A stretch of 64,000 nt of DNA from contig JANWKT010000034.1 of assembly GCA_025451235.1 (NCBI GenBank), positions 77,014 to 141,013 of the forward strand, in the 5' to 3' direction. The stretch is from Flavobacteriales bacterium. Lineage in GTDB: Bacteria > Bacteroidota > Bacteroidia > CAIKAF01. A model generated the notes under the pieces. That model saw only the letters and a program-made list of their open reading frames with translations. It was not told the origin of the DNA and made no database searches. Every line of letters begins with the position of its first letter. Position 1 is the first letter of the stretch. Shown here piece after piece: positions 27,639 through 38,137 of this stretch. A program made the position numbers and the translations under genes.

Positions 27639-28403
27639 ATGCAGCGCCTTGGATTGATCCTGGTCTTATTTTTAGCAGCATGTTCGTCTGGCGAAAAGAA
27701 AATCGAAGTTCGTTCGGGAGAGCATAATTTGCTGGGCGACCATATTCCTGCTCAAAAAAATCAGGTAAAGATACATTGGATCGCCATTGCTCCCTATCAT
27801 GTGGCCGATTCATTGGCCCTGGTAAATGATGACGATTCGCTTACACGAGAACAAACGGATTCTATTATTACCCATTTAGTGGCACAGCAGTTTGAAGCTT
27901 TTTATCAAAACGTAAAAACTTTTATTCTTCCTTCAACCATTATGGACGATTCCTTGCTGGCCCATTCAAAAACGAGGTACAATGCCAATAAAATATTAAA
28001 ACAACTGGCCATAGTAAAACCTGAACAGGCATCCTATATCCTCGCCATCACCGAAGAGGGGATTGCAGCCTGTGGTGATTCTATCCACGAAACAGGAGTG
28101 GCTGGACTTGGCAACAGATCCGGTTATTGCTCTGTGGTATCAACTGCTGCCCTCAGAAAAAAGCTGAGGGATGAAGAACAATTTACCCAGCGGCTAATAA
28201 AAGCATGCATGCACGAAATGGGACATAATTTTGGTTTAACCCATTGTAAAACCAAAGACAAAAAATGTTTCATGAGAAATTCTGGTGGAACAGTTGTAAC
28301 ACTCGACGAAGAGGAGGTATATCTTTGTTCGAAGTGCATTGATATTTTAAAGCAAAAAGGGATCAAAACCCGAAAGGTTGTACAGGTAACCCAGGTATAT
28401 TGA
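27639..28403 (+). CDS. Archaemetzincin-family zinc metallopeptidase (lipoprotein)
   Basis: Lipobox LAACSS. The full archaemetzincin signature is present: HEMGHNFGLTHC (HExxHxxGxxHC), then CFM, then C..C (CSKC). Confidence 0.75.
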   Translation: MQRLGLILVLFLAACSSGEKKIEVRSGEHNLLGDHIPAQKNQVKIHWIAIAPYHVADSLALVNDDDSLTREQTDSIITHLVAQQFEAFYQNVKTFILPSTIMDDSLLAHSKTRYNANKILKQLAIVKPEQASYILAITEEGIAACGDSIHETGVAGLGNRSGYCSVVSTAALRKKLRDEEQFTQRLIKACMHEMGHNFGLTHCKTKDKKCFMRNSGGTVVTLDEEEVYLCSKCIDILKQKGIKTRKVVQVTQVY

Positions 28404-28484
28404 TCTTAAAACCTCTGCAATTAGAAGAATAATTCTTACCTTAGCAGTTAATAACTACCTTATTTTCGCAACGTTTTAAACCTA

Positions 28485-29243
28485 TTGAAAAAGAAAACCT
28501 CCATACTTCTTATCTTTATTTTAGCATTGGTACTGGTATTCGCCACTATAACATGGTGGAACAATAGAAATACTGCGCTCAATGAAACTCCAGGGTCTTT
28601 TATGTATACTGATTATGGAGTATATGTACCCATTCAATATTCCATTTACGGCATTGATGTTTCCAGATACCAAGGAAGGATCAACTGGAAGCAGGTTAAA
28701 TCAATGGATGTACAGAATATTTCTGTGGATTTTGTTTTTATTAAAGCCACCGAAGGAAAATACATGAAGGACAAGCGATTTAAAGAAAACTGGAAAGAAG
28801 CCAAAGAAAATGGGATCACCCGCGGAGCTTATCATTATTATTTACCCGATGGAAGTCCGAAAATCCAGGCAAAAAATTTTATGGAATCCGTACAACTACT
28901 TCCAGGCGATCTTCCTCCTGTTGTTGATATTGAAGATAGAGGTATTGGTGTGCACAATGCCTTTATAAAAAATATAAAAATATTTCTAACGGAAGTGGGC
29001 AATTATTGCAAATGCAATCCCATTGTCTATTCGTACGATTCTTTCTATGAGGATTACTTAAAAGGACAAGTAGAAGAATATCCCATTTGGATTGCCCGGT
29101 ATGGTCCGGAAAAACCCATGGAAGGAAATTTTGATTTTTGGCAATTTACCGATCATGCTCAGGTAGACGGCATAGGCCCTAAAGTGGATATGAACGTTTT
29201 TTCCGGTGATTCGGCAGCATTCCAGAGTCTATTATTGAAATAA
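28485..29243 (+). CDS. Glycoside hydrolase family 25 lysozyme (muramidase)
   Basis: N-terminal TM/signal anchor. GIDVSRYQG...DFVFIKATEG...GAYHYY motifs are typical of GH25. Confidence 0.85.
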   Translation: MKKKTSILLIFILALVLVFATITWWNNRNTALNETPGSFMYTDYGVYVPIQYSIYGIDVSRYQGRINWKQVKSMDVQNISVDFVFIKATEGKYMKDKRFKENWKEAKENGITRGAYHYYLPDGSPKIQAKNFMESVQLLPGDLPPVVDIEDRGIGVHNAFIKNIKIFLTEVGNYCKCNPIVYSYDSFYEDYLKGQVEEYPIWIARYGPEKPMEGNFDFWQFTDHAQVDGIGPKVDMNVFSGDSAAFQSLLLK

Positions 29244-29250
29244 AAATCGG

Positions 29251-30021
29251 TTACGAATGCTCCACCGCCACCTTGCTCTTATCGTACTGATCGTACTTTA
29301 CAAAAATTTCCTCCCCAGGCTGATACAAAGGAATGCTCGTATTTTTGATCACGCATTTTACGGTTCCTGCAAAGGCAGGTTCATTGTCGGGTAATACCTG
29401 AACTTCCATGGTAACTAAAGGATTATCACCATTCACATTTACTCCCATGGCGGTATATTTAGTAACAATGGCCTTGCAATAAATCCCGGTTGAACGAATA
29501 TCCTGGTTCACCTTTTCCATTTCCTCCAGTTTTTGCTTTAATTCTGCCACCTGCTCCGGAGAGGCATTCGCCAAAGGATTTGCATTGGGCACATCACCCT
29601 GCCGGATCAATACCACTTTCATGTTGTTTTTAGGATCTACCATAATAGGCACCTGTGTGCCAGGCTGAAATTGTGCAGCCTGAAGATAAGAGATCACCGT
29701 TTTTGTAACTGTATTGTAGGATGGTTTTCCAGGGATGGTTACCTGTAATTCAATTTTACATAATGGTTGATTATTGATCCGGGTACCTGTTTCCGAAATG
29801 GAAAGAACCGTGCCTGTTCCCGGGATCCCTGTTTTGATAAGTCTTGAATATTCCATAGAAGGTTTGATAAAAGCCCTGTACATAATAAAAAACATGAGCA
29901 GCAAAAAACCACCAACAAAGGCCCCTACCAAAGGGTCAGCCATAAAAGCGGCTGCCAGACCAATGCCTCCACCAACAAGTCCACCAACTAAACCTATAAT
30001 AGTACCTGCGTTTAATTTCAT
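29251..30021 (-). CDS. Hypothetical membrane-anchored protein (N-terminal glycine-zipper TM pair plus a beta-rich soluble domain)
   Basis: The N-terminus GLVGGLVGGGIGLAAAF...GAFVGGFLLLMFFIM is followed by a ~190 aa soluble region with no recognised motif. Confidence 0.45.
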   Translation of the reverse strand: MKLNAGTIIGLVGGLVGGGIGLAAAFMADPLVGAFVGGFLLLMFFIMYRAFIKPSMEYSRLIKTGIPGTGTVLSISETGTRINNQPLCKIELQVTIPGKPSYNTVTKTVISYLQAAQFQPGTQVPIMVDPKNNMKVVLIRQGDVPNANPLANASPEQVAELKQKLEEMEKVNQDIRSTGIYCKAIVTKYTAMGVNVNGDNPLVTMEVQVLPDNEPAFAGTVKCVIKNTSIPLYQPGEEIFVKYDQYDKSKVAVEHS

Positions 30022-30139
30022 ATTGATTTGATTGATTGAGGATAAATGTATTAAACAGACTGCAAATAAAAAAGGTTAAAGCCGTTTTTAGCTAATTCAC
30101 TGATTTTAAAGACAATTAATTATTGTGTAACTTTGCAGC

Positions 30140-31234
30140 ATGAGTAAGAAAGGCCGGGTATTGGTTGCCATGAGTGGTGGTATTGATAGCAGCGTAACTG
30201 CTTTGCTTTTGCACCAGCAAGGTTACGAGGTGATCGGTATTACCATGAAGACGTGGGACTATGCCAGTTCCGGTGGAAGCCGTAAAACAACCGGTTGCTG
30301 CAGCCTCGACGATATCAACGATGCACGTTCACTAGCAGTGGATCATAACTTTCCTCATTATATTTTGGATATCCGTGCAGAATTTGGGGATTTTATCATC
30401 GATAATTTTGTGGAAGAATATTTGGCTGGCAAAACTCCCAATCCTTGTGTTTTATGCAATACCCATATTAAATGGGATGCCTTGCTCAAAAGAGCAGACC
30501 AACTCGACTGCGAATTTATTGCAACCGGTCATTATGCTCAAGTTCGTAAAGGAGATCATGGTCGCTATATCATCTCAAAAGGATTGGATGAAACCAAAGA
30601 TCAATCTTATGTACTTTGGGGGTTGAAACAGGAAGCATTACAAAGGACCATATTCCCTTGTGGAGGCTATACAAAAAAAGAGATCCGCCAGCTGGCCATG
30701 GATTTTGGTTATGAATCCCTGAGTAAAAAAGCGGAGAGCTATGAAATATGTTTTATTCCTGATAATGATTATCGTGGGTTTTTAAAACGGAAAGTAGAAG
30801 GATTGGAAGAAAAAGTAAAAGGTGGACTCTTCATTGACAAGGATGGAAATATCCTGGGAGAGCATGAGGGTTATCCATTCTATACAGTGGGCCAGCGTAA
30901 AGGTCTGGGAATCGCATTGGGCAAACCTGCTTTTGTAACGAAGATCGTTCCGGAAACAAATACCGTGGTATTGGGGGATGAGGATGACTTGAGTGCCACT
31001 ACCATGCGTGTAAGAGACGTGAACATCGTTAAATACGAAAAGTTAGATGTTACCATTGAAGCACTAACAAAAATACGCTATAAAGACAAAGGACATTTCA
31101 GTTCCGTTACACAGGACGGTAAAAATGCCTATGTAACTTTCTTTGAGCCTGTGCAGGCTATCGCTCCAGGTCAATCTGCGGTTTTCTACGAAGGCAACGA
31201 TCTAATTGGTGGAGGATTTATTGCAAGAGACTAA
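30140..31234 (+). CDS. mnmA: tRNA-specific 2-thiouridylase MnmA
   Basis: PP-loop VLVAMSGGIDSSV. Catalytic Cys motifs (CCS...; CNTHIKW). The length and architecture are canonical. Confidence 0.95.
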   Translation: MSKKGRVLVAMSGGIDSSVTALLLHQQGYEVIGITMKTWDYASSGGSRKTTGCCSLDDINDARSLAVDHNFPHYILDIRAEFGDFIIDNFVEEYLAGKTPNPCVLCNTHIKWDALLKRADQLDCEFIATGHYAQVRKGDHGRYIISKGLDETKDQSYVLWGLKQEALQRTIFPCGGYTKKEIRQLAMDFGYESLSKKAESYEICFIPDNDYRGFLKRKVEGLEEKVKGGLFIDKDGNILGEHEGYPFYTVGQRKGLGIALGKPAFVTKIVPETNTVVLGDEDDLSATTMRVRDVNIVKYEKLDVTIEALTKIRYKDKGHFSSVTQDGKNAYVTFFEPVQAIAPGQSAVFYEGNDLIGGGFIARD

Positions 31235-31263
31235 GATGAGGTTGATGGGGGCAAGATAGTCCC

Positions 31264-31530
31264 TTATCTGAATACCGATTCGAACCTCTCCTTAAAGCTA
31301 TTCAATTCAGTAAATATTTCATTTGAAATTTTTTCAGCATCCTGTTTATCGGTATCGATCAGCGAAAAGCCTGCTTTGTTGAGCGCTAAGTCCACCACAT
31401 AAAAATCATGGTCATAATAAATATCGATCATCCTTGAGCCTGAAGGAAAATCGGATATATCATATTCAATCTTCCTTTCGGACAGAAAGTCGATAAGATA
31501 AGTGAGAAATATTTCAGAATGATAAGGCAT
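31264..31530 (-). CDS. Small hypothetical protein (88 aa)
   Basis: The ORF has coding-like composition and no recognisable motif. Confidence 0.3.
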   Translation of the reverse strand: MPYHSEIFLTYLIDFLSERKIEYDISDFPSGSRMIDIYYDHDFYVVDLALNKAGFSLIDTDKQDAEKISNEIFTELNSFKERFESVFR

Positions 31531-31645
31531 ACGAAAAATTTCTTCGTTGGTAAATATGCAAACCCGGTGAGATTTGCACCAATAAATATACGACCTTTTT
31601 GGTGAAGGTCATCCATTTTTTTTGAACAAAATAAGAAGAGGTTAA

Positions 31646-32548
31646 CTACTTGATATTCCGAATTCTTGCCATTACTCCTAATGGTAAATCCACCTTTTGC
31701 TCTGATGGTAAATAAATTTCGCCAATAGCATACTCGTTCGGGGTGATGTTGAATTTTTTAAGATCCGATTGCAACATATTATCGATGATAAGACTTGAAA
31801 ATCCCAACGAGTAGGTATTCAATATGAGAAAATATTCTTCTTTGTCTAACAATTGTAAAACATCCTTCAGCATTTCGTTGATGTTCTTTTCCAGTTTCCA
31901 GCTTTCACCACTGGGTCCATGGCCAAAGGCCGGAGGGTCCAGGATAATTCCATGGTAGGTCTTTCCTCTTTTTAGCTCCCGTTTTACAAATTTTACCGCA
32001 TCCTCCACTACCCAACGAATATCATGCAGTCCGGATGCTTCCATATTTCGATTGGCCCAGCTTACTACTTGCTTAATGCTATCCACATGATACGTTTCGG
32101 CCCCTGCTACATTGGCCGCCATAGATGCACCCCCTGTATATGCAAATAGGTTCAGGAATCTTGGATTGGTACTCTTTATCTTTTTAATGGATTCGTAAAT
32201 ATAATCCCAGTTGGTTGCTTGCTCAGGAAACACGCCTACATGTTTGAACCCGGTCAATGCCAGGTCAAAAATAATTTGATATTTAGGATGCTGGTAAATC
32301 AGTTCCCAATTATCGGGCATTTTTTTATACTTCTCCCATTTGCCAGAATTACTTGAAGTGCCTACAAAATTTACATGAGCTAGTGATTTCCATTCTTTAT
32401 CTGATAAGGCCTTGTCCCAAATAGCTTGTGGTTCTGGACGGATGAGGACATAATCCCCAAACCTTTCCAGTTTTTCGAAATTACCACAATCGATAAGTGA
32501 ATAATTTTTCCAGTTCTCCGGACTAAAAAGCTCGATCTTTTTACTCAT
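31646..32548 (-). CDS. Class I SAM-dependent (rRNA, RlmI/YccW-like) methyltransferase
   Basis: An N-terminal PUA-like region, then FAYTGG (SAM motif I-like) and ILDPP motif IV. The start is taken at the internal Met (MSKKIELF), which avoids overlap with the upstream gene. Confidence 0.65.
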   Translation of the reverse strand: MSKKIELFSPENWKNYSLIDCGNFEKLERFGDYVLIRPEPQAIWDKALSDKEWKSLAHVNFVGTSSNSGKWEKYKKMPDNWELIYQHPKYQIIFDLALTGFKHVGVFPEQATNWDYIYESIKKIKSTNPRFLNLFAYTGGASMAANVAGAETYHVDSIKQVVSWANRNMEASGLHDIRWVVEDAVKFVKRELKRGKTYHGIILDPPAFGHGPSGESWKLEKNINEMLKDVLQLLDKEEYFLILNTYSLGFSSLIIDNMLQSDLKKFNITPNEYAIGEIYLPSEQKVDLPLGVMARIRNIK

Positions 32549-32568
32549 TCTTTTTCCTTTACATGGGG

Positions 32569-33279
32569 TTAAAAAGTAACTCCAATTTGTCCACTCCAAT
32601 AGATCATAGACATATTTTGAGTAAAAGTATTTTGTTGGGTATTGGTGCTACCCGAAATTCTTTCTTCCACGATTAAATTGGTGAAATGTGGTCGGGCATA
32701 CATATATTCCAATCCACTTCCCACATAAAAAGTTTTGTACACTCTGAATCGAAAAGAAAAATTGGCAGATACCATCCATCCACCACCGTATGACTGATAG
32801 GATTTATAATAAATGGTACCACTTTGTTTCACTTCGATATCCGGCATTTCGGCCCATAAATATCCGCCTGTAAAGGATACATCCAGGATCCATTTATCTT
32901 TTACCGGAGGTCTGTAAGCAAACATAATCCCTCCGGATGCATAGCCAAACCGGTATTTGTTGGCCGAAGGCCTCTGATCAATTCCGGATTGCTGGAACAC
33001 CATTTTTTTGATAGGATTTGTATTCACAGGCATTACCCCTAATCCTCCGGAAAAAACCAACCCAACATATTTAAAAGGTTTGATCCCCATCCTGAATTCA
33101 AGCATACCCCCTGTAGTAGCAAATCCGGAGGAGGAATCCTGCACCTGGTTGCTGGCAACCCTTCCTAAAGGAATAGCGACCCCGGAGCTCACCTGGATGT
33201 TGAGAATATCCTGTGCATTTAAAATAGTTACACCGGCGAATAATAAAAGGGTAAATAATGTCCTTTTCATTGGGCACAA
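32569..33279 (-). CDS. Outer-membrane beta-barrel protein (porin-like, OmpA/PorT-like family)
   Basis: Signal peptide. Amphipathic beta-strand periodicity. C-terminal ...GQIGVTF. Confidence 0.5.
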   Translation of the reverse strand: MCPMKRTLFTLLLFAGVTILNAQDILNIQVSSGVAIPLGRVASNQVQDSSSGFATTGGMLEFRMGIKPFKYVGLVFSGGLGVMPVNTNPIKKMVFQQSGIDQRPSANKYRFGYASGGIMFAYRPPVKDKWILDVSFTGGYLWAEMPDIEVKQSGTIYYKSYQSYGGGWMVSANFSFRFRVYKTFYVGSGLEYMYARPHFTNLIVEERISGSTNTQQNTFTQNMSMIYWSGQIGVTF

Positions 33280-33373
33280 AGCTACTATTTTTAACTCATA
33301 CCGTAAAATTATCCCAAAATGAACGGAAGTTCAACATTTCCGGTATATTTGGGCTCATTAAAAAACCTAAATA

Positions 33374-33844
33374 ATGGCAATCAACGTTGGCGATAAAGCC
33401 CCTCAATTCAACCTATACAATAGTGATAAGCAACAGGTTTCATTGGAAAGCCTGCGCGGCAAGAATGTCCTGATCCATTTTTATCCGTTGGCTTTTACAG
33501 GGACATGTACCCTGCAATTATGCAATGCCAGGGACAATATGGAAGTATATACCAAATTGAATTGCACAGTCCTCGGAATTTCGATCGATACCCCTCATTC
33601 ACTCAAAGTTTTTAAAGAACAACAAGGTCTTACTTTTGATCTCCTGAGTGATTTTAATAAAACTGCTATCAAAGATTATGATATGGTGATCGAAAACTTT
33701 GCATTGGATATGCATGGGGTTTCGAAAAGGGGTGCCTTTATTGTAGATAAGGATGGAATTATCCGTTATGCCGAAGTTTGTCCAACCGTAAGTGATCAAC
33801 CTGATTATAATGCGATCAAGACCACATTGGAAGGTTTAAATTGA
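33374..33844 (+). CDS. Peroxiredoxin (AhpC/TSA / redoxin family)
   Basis: 156 aa. Peroxidatic Cys context 'FTGTCTLQLC' in a thioredoxin fold. Confidence 0.8.
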   Translation: MAINVGDKAPQFNLYNSDKQQVSLESLRGKNVLIHFYPLAFTGTCTLQLCNARDNMEVYTKLNCTVLGISIDTPHSLKVFKEQQGLTFDLLSDFNKTAIKDYDMVIENFALDMHGVSKRGAFIVDKDGIIRYAEVCPTVSDQPDYNAIKTTLEGLN

Positions 33845-33849
33845 GGAAA

Positions 33850-34275
33850 TTATTTCCGCTCAAGCACCATCGTTGTTAGACGACTGATGGCTACCAATTT
33901 TCCGGCTTCATTTTTTATTTCAATACCCCATACATGGGTACTCCTGCCTACATGGACTGGTTTACAATAACCTGTTACAAATCCACCGGTTTCCGAACGG
34001 AGATGGTTAATATTCAATTCAAGTCCAACAGGAATATTTTTTTCTACATCTATGTACATCATAGAGGCCACACTTCCCAATGTTTCGGCCAAGGCCGCTG
34101 ATGCTCCTCCATGCAGGATCCTGAAGGGTTGGACAGTTCTGCTATCCACCGGCATTCTTGCGACCACTGTATCATTTGTGATCTCTAAAAATTCAATGCC
34201 CAGGTTTTCGCCCATGGTATTTTTGTTAAGGTCATTGAGATCCTTGATGCTGTAACTTTTAAACCAGATGCTCAT
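33850..34275 (-). CDS. PaaI/4HBT-family hot-dog thioesterase
   Basis: 141 aa. The 'LGIEFLEI...ARMPVD..TVQPFRILHGGASAALAE' motif is characteristic of PaaI-type thioesterases. Confidence 0.8.
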   Translation of the reverse strand: MSIWFKSYSIKDLNDLNKNTMGENLGIEFLEITNDTVVARMPVDSRTVQPFRILHGGASAALAETLGSVASMMYIDVEKNIPVGLELNINHLRSETGGFVTGYCKPVHVGRSTHVWGIEIKNEAGKLVAISRLTTMVLERK

Positions 34276-34323
34276 ATATTAGGTTAATGGTTAATAGTAA
34301 TTGGTAATTGATCAATTATGAGT

Positions 34324-35886
34324 TTAACTTCGCGAAAATATTTCCCACCTGTTTTTGGGTCTTCTATGGATCAGCCATTCAAAACCATCCAGTTTATAAT
34401 CAGCAGGGTTTACTTTTTCCAATGGCCACAATACTCCTTCAGGTTTCTTTTTAAAAATGATTTTTTCTATGGTCTTGGCTTCAATAAGAATGGTGATATC
34501 AATACAATCCACGATGTTCATTCCAATGATGGTACCATCGTCCTCCTTCGGGAAATAAATGGTTTTTCCACTGCCGAATACATCCACCCTAGATAAATTA
34601 TTGTCCTTGAAATATCCTTTCATAATATCTCCTCCGATCTGGTTAAACATCACCGAATCTTCCTGCGAAATAATGAGGGCCGTGGTAAGCATTTCCATCC
34701 AATATATCTTGCTCTTACCAATGTTCACAATAATATGTTCCGCTGTTACCTGGTTTTCTTCATTCCAGATCACCGGCTTGTAGAACATTCTCAATAAACT
34801 ATCTGCTTGAGTATAGGTTAGGGAGTCGCATGCTCCCTGCATATCGGACTTATAAAACTTTACATGGTGAAAACAATTCAAAACCCTCCGATCCATGGTA
34901 TCCTGTATGGCCAATAAAGTATCGGCATGCATGAACAAAGTATCTCCTATATCAAATACCTGCACCATTTGTGCACTATCGGTAACCAGATATCTTTCAA
35001 TATTACGTTGGGTTTCGGCATATTGTCCATATACGGTTACGTTTTCTACAGTGTCTTCAATGGAAACATTCCCAATAGCCCTTCCATATCCTTTTTGCCT
35101 TTCATAATACAAACTGTCGCCTTTTAAGATATTATTCTCTGCAATTACATAAGCATTCTTGTTGAATTGAGCACGGTCATTCGGTTTATCGTACCAGCCG
35201 TTTTCGCAATAGATATAACTTTGAGGACTTACGATGGTGGATGGTCCTTTAAAATAGGTAACATCCGTTACTGTGTTGTAGATCATGGTATCGGAGTACA
35301 AAGTATACTCCGAATTCTTTAGTACCACATCACCCTTAAAGGCAAATTCCTTTTTTGAAATATAATAATACCCCTTTTTACTTGTCAACTGGTCGTTTTG
35401 GGTAATGGTGCTAGATGAATCGGAATAGTAAGCCAATCCGGCGTTTCTATCATAGGTGATTTGCTCACTGTTAAGGGTGATCTGTTTATCAATTAACCGA
35501 ACTTTTTTCTTTAAAATGGCGATTCTTTTGTTTCCATCATATTCCATCTCTTCCCCATATAGATCCAAAGAGTCGCCTTGTTGAATATGGATATGACCAT
35601 AAGCACGTGCAAGGTTGTCTTGGTCGGAAATAATGGCGCTGTCACAAAACATCATGGCTCCTTCGTGGTGAAGGACCACTTTGCCCACCAGTTTCTGAAA
35701 TGATTTTCCTTTGACATTGTATCCGGTTAGCATATCAGCATTGTAAATATCGATCACTTTAACCGAATCATTGGGAGTATTTTGTGCATAGGTATGAGAA
35801 ACCACTAAAAGCAGAAGAAGACAGCCCCTGGTTTTATTCAAAATCTTTTGAGTGCTGATGATGATATTATGCAATAACAAGTTCAT
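34324..35886 (-). CDS. OstA-like (LptA/LptD N-terminal domain) family periplasmic protein
   Basis: Signal peptide followed by repeated OstA-N-like beta-jellyroll motifs (L.G.V.L.....M.CD.A). Its start overlaps the purA stop by 20 bp. Confidence 0.55.
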   Translation of the reverse strand: MNLLLHNIIISTQKILNKTRGCLLLLLVVSHTYAQNTPNDSVKVIDIYNADMLTGYNVKGKSFQKLVGKVVLHHEGAMMFCDSAIISDQDNLARAYGHIHIQQGDSLDLYGEEMEYDGNKRIAILKKKVRLIDKQITLNSEQITYDRNAGLAYYSDSSSTITQNDQLTSKKGYYYISKKEFAFKGDVVLKNSEYTLYSDTMIYNTVTDVTYFKGPSTIVSPQSYIYCENGWYDKPNDRAQFNKNAYVIAENNILKGDSLYYERQKGYGRAIGNVSIEDTVENVTVYGQYAETQRNIERYLVTDSAQMVQVFDIGDTLFMHADTLLAIQDTMDRRVLNCFHHVKFYKSDMQGACDSLTYTQADSLLRMFYKPVIWNEENQVTAEHIIVNIGKSKIYWMEMLTTALIISQEDSVMFNQIGGDIMKGYFKDNNLSRVDVFGSGKTIYFPKEDDGTIIGMNIVDCIDITILIEAKTIEKIIFKKKPEGVLWPLEKVNPADYKLDGFEWLIHRRPKNRWEIFSRS

Positions 35887-37159
35887 TCCGGATGATCGTT
35901 TGTTCCCTGTCAGGGCCCAACGAAATTACTGTGATGGGGACTTTTACTTCCTGCTCGATAAACTGGATATATGCCATAAACTCAGCCGGGAGTTCATCCA
36001 TTGCTCTGCATTGTGTAAGATCAGCCTTCCACCCTTTCATGGTTTTATATACTGGTTTTAGTTCATTGTTCACCACATCAAACGGGATATGACTGGTTTT
36101 ATTTCCATTCAATTCATATTGAATACAGACCTTTAACTCTTCGAATCCTGAAAGCACGTCGGCCTTCATCATGATCAGCTGGGTAACCCCATTGATCTGG
36201 ATAGCATATTTTAAAGCAGGAATATCCAGCCAGCCGCAACGCCTGGGTCGGCCCGTAGTTGAACCGAATTCACGCCCTACCTGTCTCATTTTTTCTCCGA
36301 TCTCATCGTGCAATTCCGTAGGAAAAGGGCCACTGCCCACTCTTGTGCAATAGGCTTTAAATATCCCGAACACCTCACCAATCCTGTTGGGTGCAATTCC
36401 CAATCCGGTGCAAGCTCCTGCACAAACTGTATTGGAGGAGGTAACGAAGGGATAACTTCCGAAATCAATGTCCAATAAAGTTCCCTGAGCACCTTCTGCA
36501 AGCACTTTTTTACCATCCTGAATGTATTCGTTCACCATATGTTCGCTATCCACCAGGTTGAGTTTCGAGAACAATTGGAGGCTTTCCATCCACTCTTTTT
36601 CAGCGGCCGGAAGATCAAAATCCTTAAAGTTGTACGAATTGATCATTTCCAGATGCTTCTTTTTTAATGCTGCATATTTTTCAGAAAAATTGTTCAATTC
36701 AGTATCACCCACCCTTAATCCATTCCTTCCGGTTTTATCCATATAAGTGGGGCCGATCCCTTTTAAGGTCGAGCCGATCTTCGCCAATCCTTTCGATGCT
36801 TCTGAGGCAGCATCCAATATTTTATGGGTAGGCAAAATAAGATGGGCCTTACGTGATACAAATAAATTTTTGCTTACATCCACCCCTCTTTCGGTAAGTT
36901 TTTCAATTTCCTTTTTTAGAATGATCGGATCAATCACTACTCCATTTCCTATCAGGTTAATTTTATCAGGATGAAAAATCCCGCTGGGAATGGTATGCAA
37001 TACATGTTTGATCCCATCAAATTCCAAGGTATGTCCAGCATTAGGACCTCCCTGAAACCTTGCGATCATTTGATAATGCGGAGTAAGTACATCCACAATT
37101 TTCCCTTTTCCTTCATCGCCCCATTGCAATCCTAATAATACATCTGCTTTTGTTGTCAT
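35867..37159 (-). CDS. purA: Adenylosuccinate synthetase
   Basis: P-loop QWGDEGKGK. GPTYMDK. Canonical 430-aa PurA. Confidence 0.95.
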   Translation of the reverse strand: MTTKADVLLGLQWGDEGKGKIVDVLTPHYQMIARFQGGPNAGHTLEFDGIKHVLHTIPSGIFHPDKINLIGNGVVIDPIILKKEIEKLTERGVDVSKNLFVSRKAHLILPTHKILDAASEASKGLAKIGSTLKGIGPTYMDKTGRNGLRVGDTELNNFSEKYAALKKKHLEMINSYNFKDFDLPAAEKEWMESLQLFSKLNLVDSEHMVNEYIQDGKKVLAEGAQGTLLDIDFGSYPFVTSSNTVCAGACTGLGIAPNRIGEVFGIFKAYCTRVGSGPFPTELHDEIGEKMRQVGREFGSTTGRPRRCGWLDIPALKYAIQINGVTQLIMMKADVLSGFEELKVCIQYELNGNKTSHIPFDVVNNELKPVYKTMKGWKADLTQCRAMDELPAEFMAYIQFIEQEVKVPITVISLGPDREQTIIRNELVIA

Positions 37160-37180
37160 TCTATATTTTTTATTGAGCCA

Positions 37181-37528
37181 TCAGCTTTTTTTCACTTTTG
37201 CTGCCGCGGATTTTCTATCGTTCGTTATGGTAAAAATATTACTTAGTTTGGTGATAATGAAGAGGGATTGTATATGTGTTGATAAGTTACACAGAATGGT
37301 CTCCCCTCCTTCGTTTCTTGACTTAGTGAGTATGTGCAACAAAACATTGAGTCCTTCACTGCTGAGGTGGTTTACCTTACCCAGGTCGATGATAAAATTC
37401 TTATGCTGCTTGAGGTCGTTGTCAACCGTTTCGAGCATTTCTCTCCCATCAAATGCGGATAAAAGGCTTCCATCGAGAATAAGCAAAGCATAATCTTTTT
37501 TCGATTCGAATTTATAGCTGAACGACAT
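37181..37528 (-). CDS. STAS-domain protein (anti-sigma-factor antagonist-like)
   Basis: 115 aa with a SpoIIAA-like pattern (ALLILDGSL....E....DLGKVNHLSSEGLNVLL). Confidence 0.65.
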   Translation of the reverse strand: MSFSYKFESKKDYALLILDGSLLSAFDGREMLETVDNDLKQHKNFIIDLGKVNHLSSEGLNVLLHILTKSRNEGGETILCNLSTHIQSLFIITKLSNIFTITNDRKSAAAKVKKS

Positions 37529-37533
37529 GATGA

Positions 37534-38031
37534 TTAGGCTTTTGAGTTTGAAACTGAACTCACTTGTTTATTCTTCAACTTTTCGGAGCAAACGTTGTTC
37601 TTACAACTTCCGTAAAGAATAAAGCTATGGTTCATCACATCGAAATTGAGCAGTTCGGCAATGCCAGATTGAATATGATGTAATCGCGGGTCGCAAAACT
37701 CCACCACTTTGCCGCAATCGGTACAGATCAAATGGTCATGCTGGCGATGACCCACTGTTTTTTCATATTGAGCCAAACTTGAACTGAACTGATGTTTTCT
37801 CACCAGGTCGCATTCCAACAAAAGATCCAATGTATTGTATACGGTTGCTCTGCTAACCCGGTACTTGCGATTTTTCATGTTGATATACAACTCTTCTACA
37901 TCAAAATGCTCATGCCGGCGGTAAATTTCATCCAAAATGGCAAAACGTTCAGGTGTTTTGCGATGGCCTTTACTTTCCAAGAACTCTTCGAATATCTTTT
38001 TTACCTTTTCGAATATTTCAGGCGAACTCAT
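37534..38031 (-). CDS. fur: Fur-family transcriptional regulator
   Basis: A winged-helix N-terminus. The [13 protein letters not shown] metal-site motif. A C-terminal CxxC region. Confidence 0.9.
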   Translation of the reverse strand: MSSPEIFEKVKKIFEEFLESKGHRKTPERFAILDEIYRRHEHFDVEELYINMKNRKYRVSRATVYNTLDLLLECDLVRKHQFSSSLAQYEKTVGHRQHDHLICTDCGKVVEFCDPRLHHIQSGIAELLNFDVMNHSFILYGSCKNNVCSEKLKNKQVSSVSNSKA

Positions 38032-38137
38032 GTTTTAGTTATTGGTTCCCGATAGCTATCGGGCGGTTATTGTAAACCTGTTACTACTACTTGCAAATGT
38101 ATGAATTTTTATTGATTTCCAGGCCTCCAGATATAGC

